From: Candidatus Saccharimonadota bacterium
Lineage (GTDB): Bacteria; Patescibacteriota; Saccharimonadia; Saccharimonadales; Saccharimonadaceae
Length of the DNA stretch: 32,000 bases
Reading direction: 5' to 3'
Assembly: GCA_000503915.1 (NCBI GenBank)
Contig: CP006915.1
Location: 600,001 to 632,000 of the forward strand
The stretch's first letter is position 1. Each line of letters starts with the position of its first letter. The position numbers were made by a program, and so were the translations under genes. The notes beneath the pieces are model-generated. The model saw nothing but the letters and a program-made list of their open reading frames with translations. It was not told where the DNA came from and did not search any database. This document shows, piece after piece, positions 16,380 through 26,185 of this stretch.

Positions 16380-19300
16380 TTATTCGACGAGTAAACTATC
16401 TTCAAAATCGAGAATGCCTTGGTAGGTGGCTGCATAGGCGGTACTATCGGGTAGGTCGAGGGCGGTAATTTTACCGTAAATAGCTTCAACCAAACGAGCG
16501 AAGCGGTCTAGCTCTTTTTGATCAAACGTCAGGTCGAGCCGGTATATCGTGCCGTCAGGCGTCGGTTCGACGAACTGGATGCGCCCTTCGCGTACTTCAT
16601 AATTGTGGTAGCTGCGTGAGTTTTCGATTAAAAGCTTATAGAACATCAACTGCTGCCTATATTTGTGCAGCTTGATCTTTTCGTAGTCCGTTTTACCGCG
16701 CCAGGCACTACTCGGCTTGCCGGTCTTGTAGTCAGTTACGACAATTGTTTTAGTTGTCTCATCGATGTCGACCAAGTCGAGTTTGCCAGTCAAGTGCGCG
16801 CTGCCACAGAAGCTCTGCTGGCTGTTAAAATTCTGCTCACTTAATTGCGTGTCAGTGAATGTCTCATAGCATTCGCCTAGGAACGTCTCTAGCGCATCTT
16901 CGCCTCTACGGAGGAACTGTTCGTACTCGTGCGCTGCTAGGTGCATCGAACTAAGCTCTGATTGGAAGTCGTGCAGAATGTCCTCGATTGGTTTTGCCTT
17001 GTGGGTTGCCCGGCGGTGGCTATGTGCACGGTGCAACGCTTGGTGCAGGGCCGAGCCGTAGGCGGCATTCGGGCTGATAGCCTGCGGGAAATGGAGCAGA
17101 TTATTCAGAAGAAAGTGTTGCGGCCCTCCCCTAGTAACGTCAATAAAATTATTTAGGTGCGTTGCGCTGAGCTTGTAGTCGGTCAGTAGCGGTGTGAGTA
17201 ATTCTTTCATGGATGTTTTGGAGAGTGCCAGTAGTGGCTGGCGCCACTCGCGCTCTAAGCTTTCGATCGTTGCAGCGACAGTCTGCTCTACCTCGGGGGA
17301 GCTAACTTCCCAACCGTCGCTATTGAGGAAGCTGGCGCGCAAAGTTGGCTTGTCACTCGTATCGCTCAGGCTGTAGCTAATCGTCAGGGTACTGCGAGCG
17401 CGAGTCATAGCGACAAAGAACAGTCGGAGACGTTCATCGAAACTATCGCCCGCTACCCCGATTGGTAGATTTTCCGGGTAGCCAATCAGGCGGCTACGCA
17501 CACGGACACGCTCGCCCCAGGCTGAATCGACTGCGCCATAGATATAAACGTGGTCAAACTCTAGCCCTTTGGCCTTGTGAGCGGTCATTAGGTTGATAGC
17601 GCCACTTGGCGCATCACTGCGGACGCGGACGCTACTGATCACGCTACCAATTCGCTGGTGAAGCTCGACGAATTCAATAAAATCACTGAGTTTTAGCGTC
17701 TCCATCGGTTTGTATTCGCGGAGTTTTGTGCGGATTGTCCGAACCGCTTCGAGATAGACCAGGTACTGTTCGGGATTATGCGCTCGCCGCTCATCGCTAA
17801 AGAAGTGACCATACAGCGGTGAATGGAACGCTTGGCGGCCTTCACTCTCATCTGGTAATCCGATCAACTCATCGAGTACTGTTTCAAGCGGCAGTGTGAG
17901 ACTGTCGCGGACGCGCTCGGCGAGCCAGTCGTGAAATGGTTTCCAGGCGGGCGCTATGGCGAGCTCTTCTCGCCAACTACTGCGGTGCTTGTACGCAGCG
18001 AGGCTGAGACTCCAGATAGCTTCGGCATCAATTCCCCATGCGGGATGCGCCAAGAGCTCCGGCAAGAGCGCGTCTGCCTCATCGATTCGGCTGGCTGCCG
18101 TCAGTGTGACGACGCGCGTCAAAGTGAGAAGTTGCTGGATAACATCGGCTTCTAGGACGTTGTCGCGACGCTCATAATTGACCGGAATATCGAGGGCATA
18201 AAAATAAGGGATGAGGTTGGTCAGCTCATGATGCCGCCGTGCCAGCACGGCAATATTCGCGCCATCGGTGCCCTCGTCGAGCTGTTGTTTGATGGACGCG
18301 GCGAGGGCACGCCGCTCATCTTCGGGGCGTTCATATTCACGGAGCTGGACGTTGGCATGCTTCGGCGCGTGATGAGCGACGAGAGTTTTATCGATCTCCT
18401 CGACGAAACGCTCCAGACGCTGCTCACCAAGCGTAATAACACTACGGGCTTTCTCGAGGATGAGGTCTGCCGAACGGTAATTATCGGCTAGCGTGACCAG
18501 CTTTACCGACTCATAGCGGTCGCGAAACGAGAGAATGTTGCCGACTTCTGCACCCTGGAAGCTGTAAATTGCCTGATCGTCATCACCCACAACCATGATA
18601 TTCGGTTCGTCGCCCGTCGGGTTGGCAGTGAGGTTATAGAGTATACGCGCCTGCGCCATGTTGGTATCCTGAAATTCGTCAACCATAATGTAGAGATAGC
18701 GTTCCTGGAGGTCAAATCTGAGGCTACTGTTAACCTCCATAGTATGCACAACATTAAGTACCATGTCGTCAAAATCATATAACTCCATTTCCTGCATCTT
18801 CATCAGATACTGGTAATAGATAAAACTTACCGCACGTAGTTTTGCAATGCGACGACGGTCCTTAAAGACAAATTCGCCACGCTCATTCTTCTCTAAGTAA
18901 GTATTTTTCCAGGCAGTAATGGGCTTTGTAGAGTCGGCGTCTATCGCATTTTTAACGGCATGCGCAAGACTACGCGCGAAGACGTCAGAGAGTGGAGTGA
19001 TACCAGGCGGTAACTTTGGCGGTTTTTCATTAGCTATTCTTTGAGCGACATTTGCTAATTTATCAATTGTAGCTTTGGAGATACGATCGGCAAAAATGGC
19101 CGCGACGTCCGGTTCAATTCTATCGAGCGTATGCTCATTGGCATCGAGTACGGCGAGCAGCTCGTCACTCGTAAGGCCGCTCTTTTTTAGATCGGAAATC
19201 GTGCCGAGCGTATCGCGAAGGTGTGTGTAGTCACCGTTCATTTTACTGGCCAGAGGGTTACTGTATTCGAGCGAATCGAAGATCGAATATAGCAGTTCGT

Positions 19301-19658
19301 ACGAGCTCAGTTCGTCGGCGGGTCGAAAAGCAGCGCCTTGGTAAAAGTATTCACCGTATTGGTTGATGATCTCGCTGCCAAAACTGTGGAAGGTATGGAT
19401 AGCGACTTTGTAGGCGGCTGGGCCGATGATCTCGCCGAGTCGCTGGCGCATCGCCGCTGCACCACTTTCGGTAAAGGTAAGACAGAGGATATTTTCTGGA
19501 AGCGTGTCAGTTTTACGGAGAATGTTGGCTGCACGCATACTCAGTAGCTCGGTCTTGCCCGTCCCTGGTCCGGCCACGACCATCAGTGGGCCTTCGATTG
19601 TGTCGACGGCTTCTTTCTGGCGAGCATTTAACTTTTTGTAGCGAGTTGCAAAATCCAT
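16380..19658 (-). CDS. UvrD/PcrA-family helicase fused to a C-terminal RecB-type PD-(D/E)XK nuclease (AddA/RecB-like)
   Basis: Helicase motifs: AGPGTGKT, DEFQDTN, VGDDDQAIYSFQGA, NYRS, TAHKAKGLEFDHVY and FFVAMTRARSTL. Nuclease motifs: GKLDLVDID...VVTDYKTGKP...YRQQLMFYKLL. Start placed at ATG 19658 (MDFATRYKKLNARQKEAV); the track uses TTG 19730. Confidence 0.85.
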   Translation of the reverse strand: MDFATRYKKLNARQKEAVDTIEGPLMVVAGPGTGKTELLSMRAANILRKTDTLPENILCLTFTESGAAAMRQRLGEIIGPAAYKVAIHTFHSFGSEIINQYGEYFYQGAAFRPADELSSYELLYSIFDSLEYSNPLASKMNGDYTHLRDTLGTISDLKKSGLTSDELLAVLDANEHTLDRIEPDVAAIFADRISKATIDKLANVAQRIANEKPPKLPPGITPLSDVFARSLAHAVKNAIDADSTKPITAWKNTYLEKNERGEFVFKDRRRIAKLRAVSFIYYQYLMKMQEMELYDFDDMVLNVVHTMEVNSSLRFDLQERYLYIMVDEFQDTNMAQARILYNLTANPTGDEPNIMVVGDDDQAIYSFQGAEVGNILSFRDRYESVKLVTLADNYRSADLILEKARSVITLGEQRLERFVEEIDKTLVAHHAPKHANVQLREYERPEDERRALAASIKQQLDEGTDGANIAVLARRHHELTNLIPYFYALDIPVNYERRDNVLEADVIQQLLTLTRVVTLTAASRIDEADALLPELLAHPAWGIDAEAIWSLSLAAYKHRSSWREELAIAPAWKPFHDWLAERVRDSLTLPLETVLDELIGLPDESEGRQAFHSPLYGHFFSDERRAHNPEQYLVYLEAVRTIRTKLREYKPMETLKLSDFIEFVELHQRIGSVISSVRVRSDAPSGAINLMTAHKAKGLEFDHVYIYGAVDSAWGERVRVRSRLIGYPENLPIGVAGDSFDERLRLFFVAMTRARSTLTISYSLSDTSDKPTLRASFLNSDGWEVSSPEVEQTVAATIESLEREWRQPLLALSKTSMKELLTPLLTDYKLSATHLNNFIDVTRGGPQHFLLNNLLHFPQAISPNAAYGSALHQALHRAHSHRRATHKAKPIEDILHDFQSELSSMHLAAHEYEQFLRRGEDALETFLGECYETFTDTQLSEQNFNSQQSFCGSAHLTGKLDLVDIDETTKTIVVTDYKTGKPSSAWRGKTDYEKIKLHKYRQQLMFYKLLIENSRSYHNYEVREGRIQFVEPTPDGTIYRLDLTFDQKELDRFARLVEAIYGKITALDLPDSTAYAATYQGILDFEDSLLVE

Positions 19659-19788
19659 ACTGTTACTATTGTACCGCAACCTGTCATCGTGGGTGTTCAA
19701 AACCGTCTTATAGTGGTGTTTCGTAGACAAATACCCTATGAATATGGTTTGGTATCGTTCTTACTACCTAAAGTGATACAATAACGAT

Positions 19789-20277
19789 ATGAACGACAAT
19801 GTCTATGACGATATGGCACTCGAGCATATTGCCAAGGAGAAATTCGGCATGACCGTAGATATTGATCATGTGATCGCCCGCAATGTGCCGGTGAGTCATG
19901 TGGCGACAGCGACGCTTTTTTTAACGAGTAAGAAGCAGTTACTGCTCTATATCAACGCCCATTCCAAATTGCTCCTCGGTGATGTGAAAAAGATCGTGAC
20001 GCGCATGGGGTTGGTGCCAGAGCTATTTGTGCCACCAAAAGGTCAGCCGCAGTATTTTGATGAGATCGGTCGCGAACATTATAAAAAAGTATTTCCTGGC
20101 CTTTCACACCCGAGCAAAGAAGATATTATTTATTATCGTACGCTTGCACCGTACAACCCTGCCCTCGTGCAGATTGCCGAAGTTAAAAACGGCGAAGTCC
20201 GTCAGTTTGATACTGATGCTTCGAGCGGCTGGCGCGTAGCGACGAAATTTGCGTATCGGCGAATTAAGACAAGCTAA
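19789..20277 (+). CDS. Hypothetical protein (162 aa), family not recognised
   Basis: Clean ORF. Extended -10 TGaTACAAT (19774-19782) ends 6 nt before the ATG. Overlaps the convergent gene by 4 nt. Confidence 0.6.
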   Translation: MNDNVYDDMALEHIAKEKFGMTVDIDHVIARNVPVSHVATATLFLTSKKQLLLYINAHSKLLLGDVKKIVTRMGLVPELFVPPKGQPQYFDEIGREHYKKVFPGLSHPSKEDIIYYRTLAPYNPALVQIAEVKNGEVRQFDTDASSGWRVATKFAYRRIKTS

Positions 20278-21566
20278 ATCTTATCAAGTACGACGAGGTG
20301 TTCGATATGCGGCGTACACGGAAAAAAGTTGTAACCTTGGTGTGCGCGGATACCGTATTTTTCAGCGAGTAAGGCAACGTCACGGGCTTGAGTGACAGGA
20401 TTGCAGCTGAGGTAGATGATGCGTCCTGGCTGAACCTCAAGTAGACGGTCGATGACGGCTTGATGCAAACCAGCGCGGGGCGGGTCGAGAATAACGGTTG
20501 CGTCGCTGGTAAGGTATTCGACGGCCTGCTCACTGGCAGCATGAACCGCTACAGCGTTGCTACGAAGCGCAGCGATATTGCGCTTCATTTCGCGCACAGC
20601 ATGCTCGTCAACTTCGACCAGCGTCGTATGCTCGCTCCCTATCGTGAGGCCAATTGTACCAACACCACTGTACATATCAACCGTTGGCGTAGATGGCTCA
20701 AGCCAGGCTTTCATATCTTCAAGTGCTCGCTCATAGAGCGGGAGGTTCACCTGAAAGAACCCCTCGGTTGCGTAAGAGAACGCCACGCCGCGAATTTCAT
20801 CGTGTAACACCACGTCGCCGTAAGCGGCTAAACGCTTGGTGATACGACTTGCCGGGCTGCGCGGGTCGGAGTAGATGACTTCGCCACCTTGTGCTGGCAA
20901 TGTAGCCGCCTCCATTTCGCTGATATACGTTTTATCCTCTTCCTTGACGTAGAGCTGCCAGGCGCAGTTGCCCTCCCGGTCGCAGCGAATCAGGAGGGTC
21001 TTTAAATCGCGAGCTTCGAGTGGTTTAGTACGGAGTAGATTGCGAATAGCGCGAGCCAGTATATTGATTGTCTCGTGCGCCAGTGAAGTTCCTTCTAGCG
21101 GAATTTTCCCCTTACTACCGCGTCGAAAGAATGCAAGCTCCAGCTGCTCTGCTTCTCCGTCCCAGTACCAGCTAAACTCAACTTTGTTGCGGTACCCGAA
21201 CCGTCGGCCGTCGGTATAGACTTCGATTGCTTGAGGCAGAACAATATCATGCAACTCAAAGGCTTCTTCAATCAAGGCGGCTTTGTAGTGTGTTTCTGCT
21301 TCGGGTGTCATGATTTGCCACGGGCTGGTGGAAAGATAGCTTTCGGAATCTATTGGCGCAATACGTTCATCGCTCGGTATGGTCACATCGACGACAATTC
21401 CCTCGATAAGTTTTGAGCGTTTTTTAGTAATTTTAACTGCGACGGTTTCACTCGGCAGTCCGCCCCAGACAAATAATTTCCGACCATCAGGATACTGGCC
21501 GAGTGCTTGCCCGCCACCAACAATTTTGTCGAGCTTTGTCTCGACGATTTCATCTTGTTTACTCAT
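20274..21566 (-). CDS. RNA (uracil-5-)-methyltransferase, RlmD/TrmA family, with an N-terminal TRAM-like domain
   Basis: FFQVN, DPPRAGL (SAM motif IV), YLSCNPVTQARD (catalytic Cys) and a C-terminal FPCTPHIEHLVVL. Confidence 0.85.
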   Translation of the reverse strand: MSKQDEIVETKLDKIVGGGQALGQYPDGRKLFVWGGLPSETVAVKITKKRSKLIEGIVVDVTIPSDERIAPIDSESYLSTSPWQIMTPEAETHYKAALIEEAFELHDIVLPQAIEVYTDGRRFGYRNKVEFSWYWDGEAEQLELAFFRRGSKGKIPLEGTSLAHETINILARAIRNLLRTKPLEARDLKTLLIRCDREGNCAWQLYVKEEDKTYISEMEAATLPAQGGEVIYSDPRSPASRITKRLAAYGDVVLHDEIRGVAFSYATEGFFQVNLPLYERALEDMKAWLEPSTPTVDMYSGVGTIGLTIGSEHTTLVEVDEHAVREMKRNIAALRSNAVAVHAASEQAVEYLTSDATVILDPPRAGLHQAVIDRLLEVQPGRIIYLSCNPVTQARDVALLAEKYGIRAHQGYNFFPCTPHIEHLVVLDKI

Positions 21567-21607
21567 CCTCTCTATAGTAGCAGAAGCCAGCGGGTTATAC
21601 TGGAGAT

Positions 21608-22096
21608 ATGGAGACCAAGAGCAAGCTGCGTCAAGTGTTGAAAGCGCGCCGTCAGGCGTTAGTCTTCGAGCAGCGCCACGCGGCGAGTGTGCAGATTGAA
21701 GAGAAGCTCCACTGGCTAATCAACTGGCAATCCGAGCTCGTCGTCCATGTCTATAGTGCTCAGTTGCATCTCGGCGAAGTTGAAACGGCGCATTTTATCG
21801 ATTACCTTACGCGTTCTTGTCCGGAGGTAACACTGCATGCCGGTCGGGCAGATAAAACTGCGGCTATACCAACAGCAAACTTCGATGTTATTATTGTGCC
21901 GCTGGTCGGCTTTGACGAGGCCGGCAATCGGCTTGGAATGGGCGGCGGCTGGTACGACCGGTTTCTTGCAGTGCAGCCGCACGCATTGACGATTGGGTTA
22001 GCATTTGAATGTCAGAAAGTTCCGCTCGTTCCTATCGAAGCACACGACCAGTCGCTCGACGTCATCATAACTGAAGCAGCGATTTATCGAAACTAA
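21608..22096 (+). CDS. 5-formyltetrahydrofolate cyclo-ligase
   Basis: VIIVPLVGFDEAGNRLGMGGGWYDRFL is the family signature. Size ~160 aa. Confidence 0.85.
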   Translation: METKSKLRQVLKARRQALVFEQRHAASVQIEEKLHWLINWQSELVVHVYSAQLHLGEVETAHFIDYLTRSCPEVTLHAGRADKTAAIPTANFDVIIVPLVGFDEAGNRLGMGGGWYDRFLAVQPHALTIGLAFECQKVPLVPIEAHDQSLDVIITEAAIYRN

Positions 22097-22141
22097 TCGG
22101 CGGTTGTCACACCACTAGGGTTCGCGTATACTAAACCCCAT

Positions 22142-22966
22142 ATGCTTGATATTGATCAAATTATAAAAATCGTCATTATTGTTGCGGCGGCGTGGGTACT
22201 ACCGACGCTTCTTAAGCGAGTGATTGAGCGGTTGGTGCGCCGTTCGATCCGTTCGCATAAATTTAAAACCAAAAAGGACGAGCAGCAGCGCGAAGATACT
22301 ATTGTTTCGATCATCAATACTGGCTTGAAGGCAACATTCTGGACGACCGCCGGACTAATGATTCTGAGCGTACTTGGCATCAATATTACGCCGCTACTCG
22401 CTGGTGCGGGTATTGTCGGCGTGGCGCTTGGGTTTGGTGCTCAGTCGATGGTCAAGGACCTGCTAGCAGGTATTTTTATTATCGCTGAAAACCAGTACCG
22501 GGTTGGTGACGTGCTGCGAGTCAACCAGGGTGTAGCGGGCACCGTAGAGCGTATCTCGCTGCGTATTACGGTCTTACGCGACCTCGAGGGAAAAGTCCAC
22601 TATATTCCCAATGGTAATATCGAGATAGCGACCAATATGACGCTAGAATACGCTAATGTCGATCTTAATATCACGGTTGGCTACGAGTCTGACCTCGATA
22701 AAGTTGAGCAGGTGATCAATGAAGTCGGAGCAGCAATTGCTGAAGACAATGACTGGAAAGATGTCGTACTCGAAGCACCGTATATGTTGCGGGTTGATGC
22801 GTTCAGCGAACTGGGGGTGGTCGTAAAAGTTATCTGCAAGACAGCGCCGATCCGCCAGTGGGAGGCAAAAAGCGAGATCTTGCGCCGACTCAAAAAAGCC
22901 TTTGAAAAGCACGACATCATCATCCCCTATCCGCAGCGTGTTATTCATCAAGCGGAGCGTCGCTAG
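22142..22966 (+). CDS. Mechanosensitive ion channel, MscS family
   Basis: Three N-terminal TM helices followed by DLLAGIFIIAENQYRVGDVLRV, the MscS beta-domain signature. Confidence 0.85.
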   Translation: MLDIDQIIKIVIIVAAAWVLPTLLKRVIERLVRRSIRSHKFKTKKDEQQREDTIVSIINTGLKATFWTTAGLMILSVLGINITPLLAGAGIVGVALGFGAQSMVKDLLAGIFIIAENQYRVGDVLRVNQGVAGTVERISLRITVLRDLEGKVHYIPNGNIEIATNMTLEYANVDLNITVGYESDLDKVEQVINEVGAAIAEDNDWKDVVLEAPYMLRVDAFSELGVVVKVICKTAPIRQWEAKSEILRRLKKAFEKHDIIIPYPQRVIHQAERR

Positions 22967-23031
22967 ATTGTATCGGCCAGGGGTTTAGTCTGGCGCTGAA
23001 TGAGTGTATACTGACACCAGAAGTCAGAGAC

Positions 23032-23679
23032 ATGAACACACTTGAGGTTACAACGCGAGAATTTTTCCATCGCTATCCCTTGCGACGCTACGGCAAGGGG
23101 CAGATTATCATGCGTCCTGATGAGAACGTTACCGAAGTGCTTTACCTGGAGGATGGTCAGGTCGTACAGTATGACATCTCACCCGCTGGTAATGAGGTGA
23201 TTCTCAATATATTCAAACCGCGAGCCTTTTTTCCAATGTCAAACGCTGTCAATAATGTATCGAACTACTACTTCTTCGAAGCAGCGACACCGGTGGCAGC
23301 GCGCGCGGTGCCCGTACAACACGCCGTTGATTTTTTGCGTGAGCATCCTGAGGTGACATTTGACCTCCTGAGCCGCGTATATAAAGGAACAGACGGGGTT
23401 ATCCGCCGTATGGCGCACTTGATGGGTGGAACGGCGAAAAGTCGTCTAGTGTTTGAGTTGCTTAACGTGGCGTATCGCTTTGGTCAGAAAGACGAGCAAG
23501 GCGCGATTCACCTGTCGGTCAGTGAGAATGACCTAGCGAAGCGCTCCGGCCTAACCCGCGAAACGGTCAATCGGACAATGAAGGAATTAAAGAACCTTGG
23601 CTGCGTCAAAGTTCGTCAGCATCGGATCGAGATCCCTGACCTTGCCAAACTGGAAGACGTCATCGGCACGACACTATAG
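23032..23679 (+). CDS. Crp/Fnr family transcriptional regulator
   Basis: N-terminal cNMP-binding-like beta-roll and a C-terminal helix-turn-helix, ENDLAKRSGLTRETVNRTMKELKNLGCV. Confidence 0.8.
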   Translation: MNTLEVTTREFFHRYPLRRYGKGQIIMRPDENVTEVLYLEDGQVVQYDISPAGNEVILNIFKPRAFFPMSNAVNNVSNYYFFEAATPVAARAVPVQHAVDFLREHPEVTFDLLSRVYKGTDGVIRRMAHLMGGTAKSRLVFELLNVAYRFGQKDEQGAIHLSVSENDLAKRSGLTRETVNRTMKELKNLGCVKVRQHRIEIPDLAKLEDVIGTTL

Positions 23680-23688
23680 CCTTGTTGC

Positions 23689-23704
23689 TGTGATCTACGT
23701 CACG
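23689..23704. promoter_or_regulatory. CRP-like site, 9 of 10 matches (TGTGA-tctacg-TCACG)
   Basis: Lies 10 nt downstream of the Crp/Fnr gene stop, in the convergent spacer with nrdJ. Confidence 0.3.
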
Positions 23705-23718
23705 TCCACCCTACGCCA

Positions 23719-23745
23719 AGGGCTCGGCATAATACGCCGAGCCCT
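23719..23745. terminator. Hairpin between convergent genes (10-bp perfect stem)
   Basis: AGGGCTCGGC-ataatac-GCCGAGCCCT. Only weak T tracts on either side. Confidence 0.5.
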
Positions 23746-23803
23746 ATACTGGTTTCGCCCTTTACTTCACCGCTATAAACGATGACGACAGAAGTGTCTT
23801 TGT

Positions 23804-26101
23804 TTATATTTCGCAGACACCACCGACGCAGGCTAATTCCTTGGCGCCAATTGTCTGGTCATTCTGCTCGTAGATGACAAGCTTTGAAAAGTCGAGTGTA
23901 CCGAGCGCTTTTATGCGCTTTTCATACTCTTCTTTGCTGATCTCTTCGTATGGCGCAAGCTGATAGACGTGGTCGTTACGTGGCAGGAACGACAGACCGC
24001 CGACGATATCCCAGTTCTCGTAGACGAAGTTGACGACCTTGATCCATTCGTCCTCGCCGACGTAAATGGTGACGGACGGGTTGTGTTCGGTAAAGTGGAG
24101 TTTTAGGCGTTTCCACTCCTCGAGCATTTCGAGCGCGGAGACGTCTTTAGCCACAATGGCGCCTTTAGGTGCCTTGACCGGGAACTCGAGTACCATCGTG
24201 GTAGCCGTGGCCGTCGAGTAGCCAACTTCTGGGTGAACCGGCACACCGTGGTCTTTCGCGAGTTGCAGGAGGGGGTCATTAACACTGATACGGACACGAC
24301 GGATGTAGTGCTCAGCAAACCACGGGTGCATACCCGAGCCGACGCCGAGCAGTTGTCCGGAGTTGCCGTGTGGCTTGACGCAGGTAACGGCCGTTGAGGC
24401 AACGACTTCAAAGCGCTTTGCGTAGGTTTGGTTGGTTTTAACAGCTGCGTCGCGTAGGGTTTCGAGGTTCTGGTCGTTTCGAACGAGCGCATTGTCGTAG
24501 TAGCCAGTGATCGAGATACCAAGCAGCTGTTCTTCTTCACAGTTCAGTTTCCAGGCTTCATCGAGGTAGCCGAAGTTAGTTAGCGTGGCTTGGTAGGTAC
24601 CGACCAGTGAGGCCAGTTTAATCTTGCGCGTCAGGTCTTTCATGGTGTCATCGGGTCGGACAACGATGGAGGTAAGGTTGCAAAATTGCTTTGAGCGCAA
24701 GTAAATCTCGCCGCAAGGGTTGACGCCAATTTGAGACTGGTCTTTGATTGCATCCCAGCGACGTTTTGGCATTTGCTTTTCCAGGCCGCCGCGGTTAAAG
24801 ATACCACGCTCACCACTACCAGAGCTGACGAGAGCGGTCCATTCTTCAAGTAACTCGCTTGCTGACGGCTTTGTCTCGTAGACGGCTGAGTTGTTAGCCA
24901 TTGAACGCTGGCCTTCGCTTTGCCAGAAGGTGCCTTTTTTAGCATCACGCATAGTAACATCATCGAGTGAAGACAATGATATCAGCGCGGAGCGCCTGAC
25001 ACCACCGGCGACGACAATCAAGCCGATCTGGCAGATGATATCGTGCAGATCGATGGTTGTGAGTCGTCTACCCTGGCGTCCAAGCATCTTGGTACGGGTA
25101 AAGTTCATCAGGTCGCGAAGTGGTGCTGGACCAGACGAACGGCCGCCCATTGTCTTTAAGCGTGCACCAGCTGGGCGGAGTAATGAATAGTCGATCTCAA
25201 CATCGTAGCCATTCGCCCAGGCGTCACAGGCTTCGACAAAAGCTTGGCACCAACCTTCTTTGTCGTCGTAGACAACGATTGGAGGCAGTTTTTTACCAGT
25301 CTGCTTTTGGATTTGTGGAAACTTCTCAACGTTTTCTGGTTCAACGGCAAAGCCGCAACCAGCACCACACATCGATACGTACATAATCTCCGATAGATCT
25401 TTCCACGAAGTTGGAGCGATGTAGGCACAGTTATAGGCAGTAACATTGGTCGCGTCACAGGCTTCACCGGCTGACCAGAGCAGACGCATCGATGGGCAGA
25501 TCTCTTGCTTTAGAATTGCTTCGCGGACGTCGCTGTATTCCTGGTCGGTTAGTTTGTCGTCGAGTTTGCCGCGCATGTAGTCCATGAAGCGATCGATTGC
25601 TTCAACCCACGTTTCGCGACGACCGAATTCATCGCGCCAACGGGCGTAGAACTGGTAGAAAATAAACTCTTGGTACGAGGTAGCAAAATATTGACCACTT
25701 TCTTTTACCTTTTCTTTGACGTGCTGTGGAATTTGCGCTTCCTGGTCGCGTAGTTGAGCGTGCTGCTCGCGATAGAGGATGTAGGCTTTAGCAGTCTGGG
25801 TATAGTCGGTCAGCATCAGCTGTCGCTCAACCTCGTCTTGGATTGCTTCGACATTCGGGATAAAGTCACGGTATTTTTTAGCCGCCAGCATTAGCTCGCC
25901 GGCTACTCGATGTGCTACCACGCGGGCTTCTTCTGGTGTGCCTTCGTTGGTTTCGTGCATAGCTTTGGCAATAGCATTGACGATATTTTCAAAATTGAAA
26001 CGAACAATCCGTCCATCGCGTTTTTGTGTCTTTGGTAAATACTTTTTATACACTTTGATGAGTGAGTCGGTGTGTGTTGTTTCTTTCGTGAGTGTTTCCA
26101 T
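23804..26101 (-). CDS. nrdJ: Class II (adenosylcobalamin-dependent) ribonucleotide reductase
   Basis: N-terminal ATP-cone-like segment (DGRIVRFNFENIVNAIAKAM), active-site VNPCGEIYL, and a C-terminal Cys pair (CVGGVCEI). GGAAGGA Shine-Dalgarno. Confidence 0.92.
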   Translation of the reverse strand: METLTKETTHTDSLIKVYKKYLPKTQKRDGRIVRFNFENIVNAIAKAMHETNEGTPEEARVVAHRVAGELMLAAKKYRDFIPNVEAIQDEVERQLMLTDYTQTAKAYILYREQHAQLRDQEAQIPQHVKEKVKESGQYFATSYQEFIFYQFYARWRDEFGRRETWVEAIDRFMDYMRGKLDDKLTDQEYSDVREAILKQEICPSMRLLWSAGEACDATNVTAYNCAYIAPTSWKDLSEIMYVSMCGAGCGFAVEPENVEKFPQIQKQTGKKLPPIVVYDDKEGWCQAFVEACDAWANGYDVEIDYSLLRPAGARLKTMGGRSSGPAPLRDLMNFTRTKMLGRQGRRLTTIDLHDIICQIGLIVVAGGVRRSALISLSSLDDVTMRDAKKGTFWQSEGQRSMANNSAVYETKPSASELLEEWTALVSSGSGERGIFNRGGLEKQMPKRRWDAIKDQSQIGVNPCGEIYLRSKQFCNLTSIVVRPDDTMKDLTRKIKLASLVGTYQATLTNFGYLDEAWKLNCEEEQLLGISITGYYDNALVRNDQNLETLRDAAVKTNQTYAKRFEVVASTAVTCVKPHGNSGQLLGVGSGMHPWFAEHYIRRVRISVNDPLLQLAKDHGVPVHPEVGYSTATATTMVLEFPVKAPKGAIVAKDVSALEMLEEWKRLKLHFTEHNPSVTIYVGEDEWIKVVNFVYENWDIVGGLSFLPRNDHVYQLAPYEEISKEEYEKRIKALGTLDFSKLVIYEQNDQTIGAKELACVGGVCEI

Positions 26102-26169
26102 GTGTTTCCTTCCTGTTTGTCATCTCTTTGTTGTAGGCATAAGTATATAAAGCAGGCTCCAAAGTGGCA

Positions 26170-26185
26170 TGTGACATAGGTCACA
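26170..26185. promoter_or_regulatory. Perfect CRP/FNR-family consensus site TGTGA-catagg-TCACA
   Basis: Exact TGTGA-N6-TCACA in the nrdJ/pyrD divergent spacer. It abuts the candidate nrdJ -35 element (ATGCCA, 17-nt spacer, TATACT). It overlaps a second palindrome, TCACAC-taaatg-GTGTGA (26181-26198). Confidence 0.55.

Noticed and set aside
19659-19730. TTG start at 19730 for the helicase.
   Set aside because: ATG 19658 gives the family-typical N-terminus, is preceded by TACAAT at leaderless distance, and the extra 24 residues look non-conserved. The choice remains uncertain.
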